Shown here one piece after another: positions 1 to 9,912 of a DNA stretch of 64,000 bases. The position numbers and the translations under genes are program-made. Source of the stretch: Patescibacteria group bacterium UBA3466 (GTDB lineage Bacteria; Patescibacteriota; Minisyncoccia; Phycocordibacterales; UBA918); contig DFRJ01000003.1 in the NCBI GenBank assembly GCA_002378195.1, forward strand, positions 32,879-96,878. The letters run 5' to 3'. The notes below the pieces were generated by a model. That model made no database searches. It saw only the letters and a list, made by a program, of their open reading frames with translations, and had not been told where the DNA came from. Numbering within the stretch: position 1 is the first letter of the stretch; every line of letters starts with the position of its first letter.

Positions 1-1
1 G

Positions 2-412
2 TATGAAGCGTCAGAAATTCCCCGAGAGGAATTGCTCCGTGAACGTTTAACGGCAAGTGCAAAAACAGCAAAAGAGACTTTTTTGCTCGCAGTTTCTGAC
101 CACGGTGATCTTTACGGCTATGTCTTGGTATTCAGTGGTCATTTGTCTCGGAATAGTGGTGTCGGGACCCTCGCACTTGGTGTCACTGAAATCGCTCAAG
201 GGTGTGGTGTTGGATCTGAGCTAATGGCAGAAGCTATCGCTTGGTCTAAGTACCATAACCTCTATAGGTTGCAGCTGCAGGTACAAACCAACAACACAAA
301 AGCTCTTCGTCTGTATCAGAAGTGTGGCTTTCAGATTGAAGGCATATTACGTCGTTGCGCACTGGTAAACGATGAGTATGTCGATAAGTACCAGATGGCA
401 CTTCTGTTGTAA
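2..412 (+). CDS. GNAT family N-acetyltransferase, 5' end cut by window edge
   Basis: Frame is open to the window start. C-terminal ...QTNNTKALRLYQKCGFQIEGILRR matches the GNAT acetyl-CoA binding fold. Confidence 0.6.
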   Translation, partial: YEASEIPREELLRERLTASAKTAKETFLLAVSDHGDLYGYVLVFSGHLSRNSGVGTLALGVTEIAQGCGVGSELMAEAIAWSKYHNLYRLQLQVQTNNTKALRLYQKCGFQIEGILRRCALVNDEYVDKYQMALLL

Positions 413-414
413 CT

Positions 415-455
415 GAAACCCTGTTTACGAATGTATTTCAGGGTTTCCTTTTTTA
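415..455 (+). terminator. intrinsic terminator hairpin (gaaaccctg...cagggtttc followed by a T run)
   Basis: Perfect 9-bp stem followed by TTTTTT immediately after the GNAT stop. Confidence 0.6.
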
Positions 456-484
456 TAAGCTTCTATACAATAATCTTTACTACT

Positions 485-1081
485 ATGAATGAACAACAAA
501 CAAAATGGGACGAGGGTTTTAAAGCCGGTCGGGACTATAATCCAATTAACGAAATTTTACTGGACAGTGTTCTAGCGTACGTCGATAATGAGAAAAAGGC
601 TGCAGTTGACTTAGGTTGTGGTACTGGCGATGCGGTCATAAAACTAGCTAAGAGAGGGCTGACTGTAACGGGTACAGACTGGTCACCAGAGGCACTACGC
701 AAGGCACAGATTCGAGCCGAAGAAGAAGGTGTTGCAGACAAAGTGAACTTTCAAGAAGTCGATCTTGATAAGTTGGCTGAAGCTAATTTAAAGGCAGGAG
801 AAGCAAATATTATTTTATGCAAGCTGGTTATTGCTTTTGTGTCTGACCGGAAAGCGTTCTGTGAAGTAGTTAAGGGACTACTTAGCGAGAACGGCGTATT
901 TGTGATTCAAACACCAGTATTACATGACGGGGTTGAGTATGTCCCCGAAGATAAGCCTAGAATTGCTGTTTCATATAAAGAGTTTAAAGCAACGCTAGAG
1001 GAGGTGTTTACAGAAGTAATTGAATTCGATCATTCTTACTACAGTGATCGCGGAGATTTGGTAACGTTTATTGTGAAGTAG
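485..1081 (+). CDS. class I SAM-dependent methyltransferase
   Basis: VDLGCGTGDAVIKLAKRG is the glycine-rich SAM-binding motif I. The ATG at 431 lies inside the upstream terminator, so the internal Met at 485 was chosen as start. Confidence 0.7.
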   Translation: MNEQQTKWDEGFKAGRDYNPINEILLDSVLAYVDNEKKAAVDLGCGTGDAVIKLAKRGLTVTGTDWSPEALRKAQIRAEEEGVADKVNFQEVDLDKLAEANLKAGEANIILCKLVIAFVSDRKAFCEVVKGLLSENGVFVIQTPVLHDGVEYVPEDKPRIAVSYKEFKATLEEVFTEVIEFDHSYYSDRGDLVTFIVK

Positions 1082-1202
1082 AATCAGTAGACAAATCTAA
1101 GGCGAAGACAATTTTCAGTGTTTGGGACAATAGGGTCTCGTGCGTAGGAACATTTTAGCTATTTTTTGGTTTGTTTTCCTTGAAATACAACACATTTTCA
1201 TT

Positions 1203-1270
1203 ACTCGGTTCGAATCCCATACTCTCCGCCGCCCCGAGCTAGCACGAGACATTACGCTTCGTGCTGGTTT
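1203..1270 (+). repeat. orphan tRNA 3'-end-like fragment (ggttcgaatcccatactctccgcc) followed by a hairpin
   Basis: TTCGAAT T-loop-like motif plus an acceptor-like tail with no upstream tRNA body. Followed by hairpin agcacgag...cttcgtgct and a T-rich tract. Confidence 0.3.
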
Positions 1271-1285
1271 TGTTATATTAAACTC

Positions 1286-2251
1286 ATGAAGTCAGAAAAG
1301 GAATTAATAAAGCTTGCAAGAAGATCTTCGTTTATTAAAAACCCCAAAGTATCTTTTTTGGCAGAAGGGTTCGGTAACGAAAACTACCTACTCGAAGAGA
1401 GTGGAGAGAGATATGTACTACGGCTAAAGAAATCGACCGAATCTCAGTTTTTTGATTCTTTAGAAAAAGAGAATTCATTTCTAAAGTACTTCGAACATCA
1501 AGGTGTAGACTTTTGTCCAAAAGCTCTCTATTTTGATCGTGACGAAAATTTTCTTATTGAAAACTATATCGAGGGTGATCTGGTGCCTCAAAGAGACTTT
1601 TCTGATGATCAAATTGATGTGTTTGCTCAACAGCTACATCAGTTATTTACGCTTAGTGTTCCTGGCTTCGCTATTTTCTGTGAAGAGAATAGTTTGAAGT
1701 GTTTTGATTACGTTGATCAGATTGAAGGCTTGAGGATATATGGATTTAATCGTTTTAATGAAGTAAAGAAAGAAAAACTACCAAAAGAAGTAGTTAATTG
1801 GATTGAGAAGACCTTAAGGGAAAATTTGAAATACCTAGAAAGTGAGAATGAAAATGAATTAGGTTTCACTTGGGGTGACATTCAGTCAAAACTAATTATA
1901 GATTCCAGTGGGAAGATGAATTTTTATGATTTTGAGCACGCTTGCATATCAAATTCGTTTGGACTTTCATATATAAAAATTCACGGAAGCTTTGCTTCAA
2001 AACAGATAGATTTTCTTATAGAAAGGTGCGCTCACTATTTTAAGCGAAGCAAAGAATCCTTAGTTGTTGACATGAATGCGAATGAAAAAATAGTCGGGAC
2101 AAATGATGCTGTGTGGGCTGCTATGAAATGGTCTGCTACTGGTAAGAGAGAATACGAAGACTTGATGTACGCACGAATAGATTTGGTAAAAAATATTAAC
2201 ACTAATAATTCGTTTGAGATACTATCGAACCCCAACCTGAAAAGTAGCTAA
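1286..2251 (+). CDS. phosphotransferase-family kinase (APH/choline-kinase-like)
   Basis: N-terminal FLAEGFGNENYLL...RYVLRLKK nucleotide-binding region and a D-F-E-H-A catalytic-loop-like segment typical of the APH fold. Confidence 0.5.
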   Translation: MKSEKELIKLARRSSFIKNPKVSFLAEGFGNENYLLEESGERYVLRLKKSTESQFFDSLEKENSFLKYFEHQGVDFCPKALYFDRDENFLIENYIEGDLVPQRDFSDDQIDVFAQQLHQLFTLSVPGFAIFCEENSLKCFDYVDQIEGLRIYGFNRFNEVKKEKLPKEVVNWIEKTLRENLKYLESENENELGFTWGDIQSKLIIDSSGKMNFYDFEHACISNSFGLSYIKIHGSFASKQIDFLIERCAHYFKRSKESLVVDMNANEKIVGTNDAVWAAMKWSATGKREYEDLMYARIDLVKNINTNNSFEILSNPNLKSS

Positions 2252-2342
2252 TCAGCCAAGCATGGCTTGGCATTACACGGTTCTCACCACAAGGTCATTA
2301 AAAATTAGGTCAACTCGAGACCGCCCGCAGTTTAGAGAGATG

Positions 2343-2380
2343 TTGTTACGTAGCATGTTACGTAGCATGCTACGTAACAA
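2343..2380. promoter_or_regulatory. 38-nt palindromic element TTGTTACGTAGCATG-TTACGTAG-CATGCTACGTAACAA
   Basis: Perfect 15-nt inverted arms. A related palindrome occurs at 50341-50381. Intergenic. Confidence 0.5.
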
Positions 2381-2384
2381 GGCA

Positions 2385-2425
2385 GGGTCGGAAAGCGAAG
2401 CTTTCCGACCCTTTGCTTTCATTTT
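2385..2425 (+). terminator. intrinsic terminator
   Basis: gggtcggaaagc gaa gctttccgaccc stem followed by a T-rich run. Confidence 0.6.
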
Positions 2426-2526
2426 TCCCAAATATACAGAAAGAGGATAACTATCATTGACGAAATTCAATAATGTTGCGCATAATATAAGCAGCAAACA
2501 ATGTACATTCGTAGAGGAGCATAGCC

Positions 2527-3207
2527 ATGGGCATAGTTCAACAGACTAACCCTTCACAGATGGTTAACTTGCTTGATGAAGTACAACGACTCAAGCAGGC
2601 AAATATCATCAGCGCTGCAATACTAGCGCAAAAAACAGCAGAAATGGTCAAGCTGCAGCGAGAGAACGAAGAACTTCGTAAACTCGTTCATACCGATCGG
2701 CTGACCGGCCTCAGAACTCGTGAGTTCTTTGAGCTCGAGTTTGAGCGGCACCGTCCGAAGGATCGGGTTCTGCCGTCTGAGCGAATTTCGTCTCAGAACA
2801 CCGGTCTCGGCCTCGCCTTTGTCGATGTCGATAAATTCAAATCCATCAATGACAACTACGGTCATCTGCATGGAGATAAGGTCTTGGTGGCAATTGCCAC
2901 ACTGCTTACTGAGAAGGTGCGGTCTACCGACTTGGTTGTCCGCTGGGGCGGTGACGAATTTTTGATTCTGTTTCCGCGCACCAGTATCGATGGTCTGAAT
3001 ATGGTGTCTGAGCAAATCCGGACTGCAGTGGAAGCACTGAAGTTTGGGTTTATGGATCGGTCTGTGGCGGTGAGTATCGGTCTTACCCACACACAGGTGG
3101 ATCATCCTGATTTGGCGAAAGCCATGATCAAATACGCTGATGACGCAATGTATGAGGCCAAAAGAACTGGTAGCAATCGAGTAGTCTTCGGACAAAAGAT
3201 TCCTTAA
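2527..3207 (+). CDS. diguanylate cyclase (GGDEF domain) with N-terminal coiled coil
   Basis: RWGGDEFLILF GGDEF active site, and FVDVDKFKSINDNYGH. Confidence 0.85.
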   Translation: MGIVQQTNPSQMVNLLDEVQRLKQANIISAAILAQKTAEMVKLQRENEELRKLVHTDRLTGLRTREFFELEFERHRPKDRVLPSERISSQNTGLGLAFVDVDKFKSINDNYGHLHGDKVLVAIATLLTEKVRSTDLVVRWGGDEFLILFPRTSIDGLNMVSEQIRTAVEALKFGFMDRSVAVSIGLTHTQVDHPDLAKAMIKYADDAMYEAKRTGSNRVVFGQKIP

Positions 3208-3212
3208 GGTTA

Positions 3213-3246
3213 GCGGGGCGCGCATTTATAATGCGCGCCCCTTTCG
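3213..3246. terminator. bidirectional terminator between convergent genes
   Basis: ggggcgcgcat ttata atgcgcgcccc perfect GC-rich hairpin. Confidence 0.7.
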
Positions 3247-3249
3247 CGT

Positions 3250-3843
3250 CTAGTGAGCGATGGCTAAACAGATTAGTGTAGTGTTGGTGGGAAGATGAGG
3301 CGCGAGCGTAGCTCGCGCCTCTTTTAGGGTGGTGCCAGTAGTCGAAACATCATCCACAATCACGACGGTGTCGTATTCGTTAAGATTGACGCCTAAGTTG
3401 TTGTATGAAAAAACTCCAGTTAAATTATTTAACCTGTCACTTCTGGCTAGAGTGGTTTGTGGAACAGTGTCACGCAGCTTGGTGAGTAGTTGGTATGAAG
3501 CAAGGTTGCCGATTATTCGTTCAACTTGATTGTATCCTCGTTGTCTTTTTCTTTCTTTGCCCAGCGGGATGGGTACAAATAAAATACGTTGAGCTTGCTG
3601 ATCTGACCATTTTTTTAATAAATACTGCAAGTGCTGGCTGGCTAGAGTGTTGTTGTGGAACTTATTTTCGGTAATGAGAGCCTGCGTGGAGGGGTGAGAG
3701 TATGGCGCGAGGTGGGTGATATGGTCGCGAGTTTGAATGCAGAAAAGTTTATCTAAATCATTTACATCAATATTTTGTATCAATCGCTCGCTTGGTCGCG
3801 GTGGAAATATAATATTGAGTAGTGTTGTGAGTAACTGCTTCAT
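3250..3843 (-). CDS. comF: ComF-family phosphoribosyltransferase-domain protein (competence protein F-like)
   Basis: C-terminal VVIVDDVSTTGTTLKEA PRTase motif characteristic of ComF/ComFC. No N-terminal zinc finger seen. Confidence 0.65.
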   Translation of the reverse strand: MKQLLTTLLNIIFPPRPSERLIQNIDVNDLDKLFCIQTRDHITHLAPYSHPSTQALITENKFHNNTLASQHLQYLLKKWSDQQAQRILFVPIPLGKERKRQRGYNQVERIIGNLASYQLLTKLRDTVPQTTLARSDRLNNLTGVFSYNNLGVNLNEYDTVVIVDDVSTTGTTLKEARATLAPHLPTNTTLICLAIAH

Positions 3844-3888
3844 TGCGACATATTAGCACTTTGCCACATGCTAAGATATTAGTAATAC

Positions 3889-4968
3889 ATGAGTTTTTTA
3901 GACACTATTATTTCATCTGTCAAAAATGGCGGTACACCCTCTGGTGTAGTGGGTATTGATATTGGTTCATCATCGATGAAGGTGGTGGAGCTACAGGAAA
4001 AGAAGGGGGTTATTACCATTGCTACTTATGGCGAGGTGCAGCTTGGTCCATATGCTGGTAAGGCCATTGGTGAATCAGTGTCGCTCGAAACCAAGCAAGA
4101 ACAAGAAGCTTTGGTAGATGTGATCAGGGAGTCGTCTGTGTCTGCTCGAAATGCCGTTTTTTCGATGCCGTTATCTTCTAGTTTTGTCACCAACGTTACC
4201 ATCAATGCTGACGAAGACGCCGATTTGTCATCCTTGGTCCGAGTGGAAGCCAGAAAAGTAATCCCGGCTTCTCTCAGCGAAGTTACTTTGGACTGGGCAG
4301 AAGTTGAGTCTAATACAGAAGAAGAGGTAAGTGATAAAAGAAATATATTAATTGCCTCGATTCAAAACGCCGCTCTCGAGCGCTTCAATGTGTTAATGCA
4401 GTTTGCTGGCATGAATAAGCCGCCAACCGAAATAGAATGTTTCAGCACTATCCGCAGTGTGCACTCAGATGATGAGGAGAATGTGGCTATTGTCGATATC
4501 GGAGCGGTGTCTTCGAAGCTATACATCTCGCGTAAGGGATTGCTTATGCGGATGTATAGAATCCGCGCCGGGGGGATGATTGCTACTGAGAATATCGCAG
4601 AGGAATTACACCTAAGTTTTGCTGAAGCCGAAGCAATGAAATGTTCGGCAGATAAAAATGACGATCGGTTTGCGACCATGAAAAAAGCCCATGATCACAG
4701 TTACGATCGAGCCTTTAGGGAGTTTAATCAAGTACTGACCGAATATGAAAACCGAACTGGCGTGAAGGTGAGTACCGTCTATTTGGCAGGTGGAGGAGCC
4801 TTGTTCCCGGGTATCGCTGGTCATCTACGCTCGGTTCTCGATAGAGAGGTGGTGGCAGCTGATCCTTTTTCGAAGGTCGCTTACCCAGCTTTTATGGAAG
4901 ACACAATGCGTTCGATTGGGCCATCGTTCACCGTTGCGGTTGGAGCTGCTTTGCGAGCCTTTGAATAA
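3889..4968 (+). CDS. pilM: type IV pilus assembly protein PilM
   Basis: GIDIGSSSMKVVEL actin-like ATPase N-terminus typical of PilM. First gene of the pilus operon. Confidence 0.85.
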   Translation: MSFLDTIISSVKNGGTPSGVVGIDIGSSSMKVVELQEKKGVITIATYGEVQLGPYAGKAIGESVSLETKQEQEALVDVIRESSVSARNAVFSMPLSSSFVTNVTINADEDADLSSLVRVEARKVIPASLSEVTLDWAEVESNTEEEVSDKRNILIASIQNAALERFNVLMQFAGMNKPPTEIECFSTIRSVHSDDEENVAIVDIGAVSSKLYISRKGLLMRMYRIRAGGMIATENIAEELHLSFAEAEAMKCSADKNDDRFATMKKAHDHSYDRAFREFNQVLTEYENRTGVKVSTVYLAGGGALFPGIAGHLRSVLDREVVAADPFSKVAYPAFMEDTMRSIGPSFTVAVGAALRAFE

Positions 4969-5019
4969 GTGTCCACAGCTATACATATAATTGAACATAC
5001 TGACCGGTATAATTAAGCC

Positions 5020-5760
5020 ATGGCTGATCTTTCGAACTCAAACAGTTCATTTATTCCTAAAAAAGGTCCGAGGAAGCGTAGACCAGGTGCTGGTACACGT
5101 CGGATTTACGTTTTTACGCTATTTGCTTACATTCTTTTGTTTGCAACGCTGCTCGCGACGGGCGCGCTATATTTTTACAATGACTACAATGTTTCGCTAC
5201 TAAATAATGAAGTGAAATTACTGCGCGATGAAGTAGCTGGTTTTACCGACTTTGATACTGACATAGTGGAAGTGGAAGTGTTTGATACTCGTTTGCAAAT
5301 GGTGTCCGATCGCCTAAATAACGCTGCCTCAATGGTTTCTGTTCTGAATCTATTCGAAGAGCAGACTGTACGAACGGTGAAAGTGGTTAGCTTAGATCTG
5401 GCTCGAGAAGGAGACGACCGGTTTACTATTGAAGCAAATGTGGAGACCGACTCATATGATTCAACTATCTTCCAGCGTGATGAGATTGTGGAACTGGTAG
5501 AAATGCAGAAAATTGACGGGGTAGAGATTGAAGATCTGCAGGCTAATAACGTTAACGGTCCTTCAGTGGTTAGTACTTTTGCACCCGCTGAAGATCAGGC
5601 GTCGGTTCGATTTAAGACTGTGTTAAGCGTGCCTTTGAGTGAGATGCGACCAATTATTACAGACGTGTTAGCAGAAGTCGAGGATACAGCGACCACTACT
5701 GAAGTGGAAGTTGAGAGTGATGCAGAGTCAGAATTAGAAGCTAACGAAAACAGCGTATGA
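5020..5760 (+). CDS. PilN-like inner-membrane pilus assembly protein
   Basis: Single N-terminal TM helix after a basic stretch. Position immediately after pilM. Overlaps the next gene by 4 nt. Confidence 0.45.
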   Translation: MADLSNSNSSFIPKKGPRKRRPGAGTRRIYVFTLFAYILLFATLLATGALYFYNDYNVSLLNNEVKLLRDEVAGFTDFDTDIVEVEVFDTRLQMVSDRLNNAASMVSVLNLFEEQTVRTVKVVSLDLAREGDDRFTIEANVETDSYDSTIFQRDEIVELVEMQKIDGVEIEDLQANNVNGPSVVSTFAPAEDQASVRFKTVLSVPLSEMRPIITDVLAEVEDTATTTEVEVESDAESELEANENSV

Positions 5761-6326
5761 TTCCAAATGGTTTATTTACACAAATCGCCATGGTCATACT
5801 GGCCTTTGCCATCATAGCAACCTATATCCAGCCAACCTTTCAAAATATTGGTGAAACTCAGGACGACATTGCTGTTTACAAAGAGCAAAGAGAAAAAGTC
5901 TCAGAGGTGACAGCCCAGTTGGGCCGATTGCAGGATCAGATTGGTACGGTTTCGCTAGCAGATCAGGCAAAGCTGCTAAAATATATGCCTGAAGAAATCG
6001 ACACTATTTCAGTCATCAGAGACATGCTACTAATCTCTAATGAGGCGGGGGTAGTGTTCTTAGATGCTACATCTAATCCTGACAGTGGCCAGGACAGGTC
6101 TACGAACAATGGACAAACGGATGATCAGCTTACCTCTCAAAAATTTGAGTTGAGGGTCGAAGGGACTTATTCCCAAATTAAAAACCTTTTTGCTTTAATG
6201 GACGCCAATGATTATCCGCTTGAGGTGCATGGCTTAAGTATGACCGAATTAGAAGGCGGCTTCTTGGCGGCAAATGTGACGGTTGTAACTTACGCATTTG
6301 GCGGAGCAGATAAAAACAGTAATTAA
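5757..6326 (+). CDS. PilO-like membrane protein
   Basis: N-terminal TM, coiled-coil region, operon position. Confidence 0.4.
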   Translation: MIPNGLFTQIAMVILAFAIIATYIQPTFQNIGETQDDIAVYKEQREKVSEVTAQLGRLQDQIGTVSLADQAKLLKYMPEEIDTISVIRDMLLISNEAGVVFLDATSNPDSGQDRSTNNGQTDDQLTSQKFELRVEGTYSQIKNLFALMDANDYPLEVHGLSMTELEGGFLAANVTVVTYAFGGADKNSN

Positions 6327-6332
6327 AATAGT

Positions 6333-6641
6333 ATGGGTGAAACAGCAAAAAACTTAATAACTGTCCTTGGTCTAATAACCATAGTTATTGGTGCTTACTA
6401 TTTATTTGTGCAGTACCAATCTGCCCAGTCTAATTCGATGAATAACGAGGTGCAAATTCAGGATGATCTTAATAAAGCCAACGCGTTTATTCAAAAACGA
6501 CAGGCGCTTGATGGAATAGAATTAGATTTTGCGGTCTTAAGTAATGATAATTTCAACAACCTAAGAAGTTTCACTACTCCAATTGAAGAGGTGGAAAAGG
6601 GGCGTGATAATCCTTTTTCAGACGTTGGTAATAATTTTTAA
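6333..6641 (+). CDS. small membrane protein (PilP-like position)
   Basis: N-terminal TM helix. Lies between the PilO-like gene and pilB. Confidence 0.3.
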   Translation: MGETAKNLITVLGLITIVIGAYYLFVQYQSAQSNSMNNEVQIQDDLNKANAFIQKRQALDGIELDFAVLSNDNFNNLRSFTTPIEEVEKGRDNPFSDVGNNF

Positions 6642-6646
6642 GGATT

Positions 6647-8485
6647 ATGGATCCACTGCAAGCATTAAAAGAGAGCGGTAAGGTCGACGATTCTTTGTTG
6701 GCTAAAGTCGAACAACAAATGGCGCATGAAGGCGTCTCGCTTGAAGTGGCTTTGCTTGATGCTGGTTTCCCGGCCGATGATTTGCGGAGTTTCATGGCCG
6801 AGTTTTATCAAGTTCCTGCTTTCGAAATTCCGGCTGGCTTTAGTGTCTCGCAAGAACTGCTCGATTACATCTCTGAAGATTCCGCAACTCACTACCGCAT
6901 GATGCCGCTTAAGGTAGACGACGAAGTGTTGATCATTGGAGTTAACAATCCAGACAATCTGCAAATGCGGGAAGCGCTAAACTTCATCAGCACTAAGCAC
7001 AATTTGCCGTACAAGTTGGTGTACATGCTGGATCGAGATATTGAGAAGGTGCAGGAGTTTTATTCCAACCTTGAAGGTGATGTTGGTCAGGCGCTCGAAA
7101 CATTAGAAACAGAACTAGACGCAGAAATTGCTGCCAGTCTCGAAGAGTCATCAGAAAACTCCAAAGAAGCCCTGGATCACATTGAGGAAGATGCGCCAGT
7201 AACAAAAATCGTAGCCACTATTTTGCGTTACGCAGTAGATGGTAAGGCATCAGATATTCATATTGAACCTAATCCAAAGATAGTAAATGTGCGCTTTCGA
7301 GTCGACGGCTCTTTGGCCAAGAGTCTTGAATTGCCCAAGAATGTCCATATGGCAGTGGTGGCGCGAGTAAAGATTCTGTCGTCAATGCGACTAGATGAAA
7401 GAAGAAAGCCGCAGGATGGTCGTTTTTCAGCTTCGTTTGACAATCATAAGATTGATTTTCGTGTCTCAGTTTTGCCGACCAATCACGGCGAGAAGGTGGT
7501 GATGCGTATTTTGGATACTAGTAAAGGGGTGTTGACGTTGGAGCAGAGTGGAATTTCCAGTGCTAATATGGACGTCATTAAACGGATCGTGCAAGAACCT
7601 TACGGTATTATCTTAATTTCTGGTCCTACCGGATCAGGTAAGTCGACAACTTTACGTGGGATGATTCAAGAAGTGGACACCCTGACAAAAAACGTGATGT
7701 CTCTAGAAGATCCGGTCGAATACAACATGACTGGCGTCAGTCAGTCGCAGGTACGGCCAGAGATTGGTTATACTTTCTCGAAGGGCTTGCGGGCGGCTCT
7801 CCGGCAAGACCCCGACATCATAATGGTGGGTGAGATCAGAGACAAAGAAACTGCCCAGTTGGCAATCCAAGCGGCGCTTACTGGTCACCTGGTACTGTCT
7901 ACCATCCACACCAATAACGCTATTGGAGTGATTCCGCGTTTGGTTGATATGGGAGTTGATCCATACCTAATTGCACCGACTCTAAAAATGGCGATTGCGC
8001 AAAGGTTGGCCAAGACTTTATGTGATGGTACCGGAAAAGAAGAGGATGTTGATGGGGCAACTCAAGCGCGGATTGATGCTGCATTTAAGACCTTGCCACA
8101 AAAGTTTCATGACCGCATTCCTGAGAGCCGAACCATCTTGCGTCCTGAAGTAACAGCCACCTGTCCGACTGGGTATAGTGGACGAACGGCTGTGACTGAG
8201 GTGTTGGAGGTTAACGAAGAGATGCAAGAGCTAATCTTGAAGGGAGCTTCCGAAGAAGAATTCTTTCAGTCAGCTCGTAAGAATGGTTTTGTGACCATGC
8301 AAGAAGATGCCATGATTAAAGCTTTACAGCACGAGATTCCGTATGAAGAAATGAATGTCTTTAGTACCAAGATCGGCTTAGATTCAATTGATGAAGCAGA
8401 GTATGAATCAGTCGATGTCGATAACCTCCAAGAGATAGAAATATCAGAGGCTATAATGGAAAGTGATGAAAGTACTACTAGTTGA
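6647..8485 (+). CDS. pilB: type IV pilus assembly ATPase PilB (GspE family)
   Basis: Walker A LISGPTGSGKSTTL, GspE N-terminal domain, acidic C-terminal tail. Confidence 0.9.
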   Translation: MDPLQALKESGKVDDSLLAKVEQQMAHEGVSLEVALLDAGFPADDLRSFMAEFYQVPAFEIPAGFSVSQELLDYISEDSATHYRMMPLKVDDEVLIIGVNNPDNLQMREALNFISTKHNLPYKLVYMLDRDIEKVQEFYSNLEGDVGQALETLETELDAEIAASLEESSENSKEALDHIEEDAPVTKIVATILRYAVDGKASDIHIEPNPKIVNVRFRVDGSLAKSLELPKNVHMAVVARVKILSSMRLDERRKPQDGRFSASFDNHKIDFRVSVLPTNHGEKVVMRILDTSKGVLTLEQSGISSANMDVIKRIVQEPYGIILISGPTGSGKSTTLRGMIQEVDTLTKNVMSLEDPVEYNMTGVSQSQVRPEIGYTFSKGLRAALRQDPDIIMVGEIRDKETAQLAIQAALTGHLVLSTIHTNNAIGVIPRLVDMGVDPYLIAPTLKMAIAQRLAKTLCDGTGKEEDVDGATQARIDAAFKTLPQKFHDRIPESRTILRPEVTATCPTGYSGRTAVTEVLEVNEEMQELILKGASEEEFFQSARKNGFVTMQEDAMIKALQHEIPYEEMNVFSTKIGLDSIDEAEYESVDVDNLQEIEISEAIMESDESTTS

Positions 8486-8831
8486 CGATGATGCGTTTTT
8501 GCGTGATATGTATGCCTTAAAGTTTAAGGGTAGCGGTCACGAAGTGGAGACGGCCGAAAGCGCCGCTTCGGCTTTTCGGTCTTTGGAAACAGAAGATGAT
8601 TTTGATGCAATAGTGCTCGATATGATCATGCCGTCAATGACTGGCGTCGAGATGATTCAGGAGATCAAGGTTAAGTTTCCGAATTCCAAAGCAAAATTTA
8701 TTGTTTTATCAAACCAAGGACAACAGGAAGACATTAATAAGGCTACCCAGGCGGGGGCGATTGGCTACATCATCAAAGCCGAATCGATCCCTAGTGATGT
8801 GGTGACAAAAGTAGAAGATCTTTGTAAATAA
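8466..8831 (+). CDS. receiver-only response regulator (CheY/PilH-like)
   Basis: MKVLLVDDD...D-x-IMP receiver fold. Overlaps the pilB 3' end. Confidence 0.75.
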   Translation: MKVLLVDDDAFLRDMYALKFKGSGHEVETAESAASAFRSLETEDDFDAIVLDMIMPSMTGVEMIQEIKVKFPNSKAKFIVLSNQGQQEDINKATQAGAIGYIIKAESIPSDVVTKVEDLCK

Positions 8832-8835
8832 TATT

Positions 8836-9903
8836 ATGGCAGTTGACTACAAAAAAGAACTAGGATCATTGATCGACATGATCATCAAGGAAAAGGCTTC
8901 AGACTTGCATCTCTCAGTAGGTGCACATCCGCTGATTCGCGTGTCGGGTACGCTGATTCCGCTGATCAAAAAACCGATCCTGACTGACAATGATGTCAAT
9001 TCTTTTGCAAAAGTGTTGATGCGGGAAGATCAGATGAAACGATTCGGTGATTATACCGAAGTAGATTTCTCATACGAAAATGCCGAAGGAGTGCGCTTTC
9101 GAGGTAACGCCTTTCACCAAAGAGGGAAGATGGGTATTGCACTCCGCCTCATCCCAAACGTTATCAGGACTTACGATGACCTAAATCTGCCGCCTATCTT
9201 GGAAAGTTTTACCAAGCGCACTCAAGGTTTCTTCCTGTGTGTAGGTCCAGTCGGACAAGGAAAGTCGACGACCCTAGCGGCTATGATCAATACGATCAAT
9301 AAGACTCGAGCCGAACATATTGTGACTATAGAAGACCCGATTGAGTACGTGTACGAGGAAGAAAAATCACTGATCGATCAACGAGAGGTGGGAATTGACA
9401 CTAAAGATTTTGAAACAGCCCTGACTGCTGCCCTTCGTCAGGACGTTGATGTGATATTGGTAGGAGAGATGAGAAATACCGAAACTATTTCTTCGGCCGT
9501 GACTGCGGCTGAGACGGGGCACTTAGTATATTCGACACTGCATACCAACGACGCTGCTCAAACCATCAACCGTATCGTAGACTCATTCCCAGGTGATCAA
9601 CAAGACCAGGTGCGGGTACAGTTGGCCGGCTCTCTGATTGCCATTTTCTCTCAGCGTTTGATCCCGCACATTGCCGGAGGTCTCGTGCCAGCGTACGAGC
9701 TGTTAATTAACAACAGTGCGGTTTCAAATCTAATTAGAGACAATCGTATTCATGAGATCCCGTCCGTGATCGAGACTGGTCTGGAGCAGGGTATGATCGA
9801 CATGAACCGCTCGCTTGCACGACTGGTACAAAATGGTGACATTACGGTAGAGAATGCTTTTACTTATTCAGTAAATCCAAAAGGACTGGAAAGAATTATT
9901 TAA
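8836..9903 (+). CDS. pilT: twitching motility ATPase PilT
   Basis: Walker A GPVGQGKSTTL. PilT-type retraction ATPase length and motifs. Confidence 0.9.
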   Translation: MAVDYKKELGSLIDMIIKEKASDLHLSVGAHPLIRVSGTLIPLIKKPILTDNDVNSFAKVLMREDQMKRFGDYTEVDFSYENAEGVRFRGNAFHQRGKMGIALRLIPNVIRTYDDLNLPPILESFTKRTQGFFLCVGPVGQGKSTTLAAMINTINKTRAEHIVTIEDPIEYVYEEEKSLIDQREVGIDTKDFETALTAALRQDVDVILVGEMRNTETISSAVTAAETGHLVYSTLHTNDAAQTINRIVDSFPGDQQDQVRVQLAGSLIAIFSQRLIPHIAGGLVPAYELLINNSAVSNLIRDNRIHEIPSVIETGLEQGMIDMNRSLARLVQNGDITVENAFTYSVNPKGLERII

Positions 9904-9912
9904 AATTAAACT

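Noticed and set aside
431-484. Upstream ATG extension of the methyltransferase ORF
   Set aside because: The ATG sits inside the preceding terminator stem-loop. The internal Met at 485 is the more plausible start.
2262-2497. ORFs on both strands containing MLRSMLRSMLRN/MLRNMLRN repeats
   Set aside because: They are artefacts of translating the TTACGTAGCATG palindrome and the adjacent terminator hairpin.
4362-4824. Antisense ORFs inside pilM, and similar short antisense ORFs inside most long genes
   Set aside because: They are fully contained in well-supported genes on the opposite strand and have no motifs.
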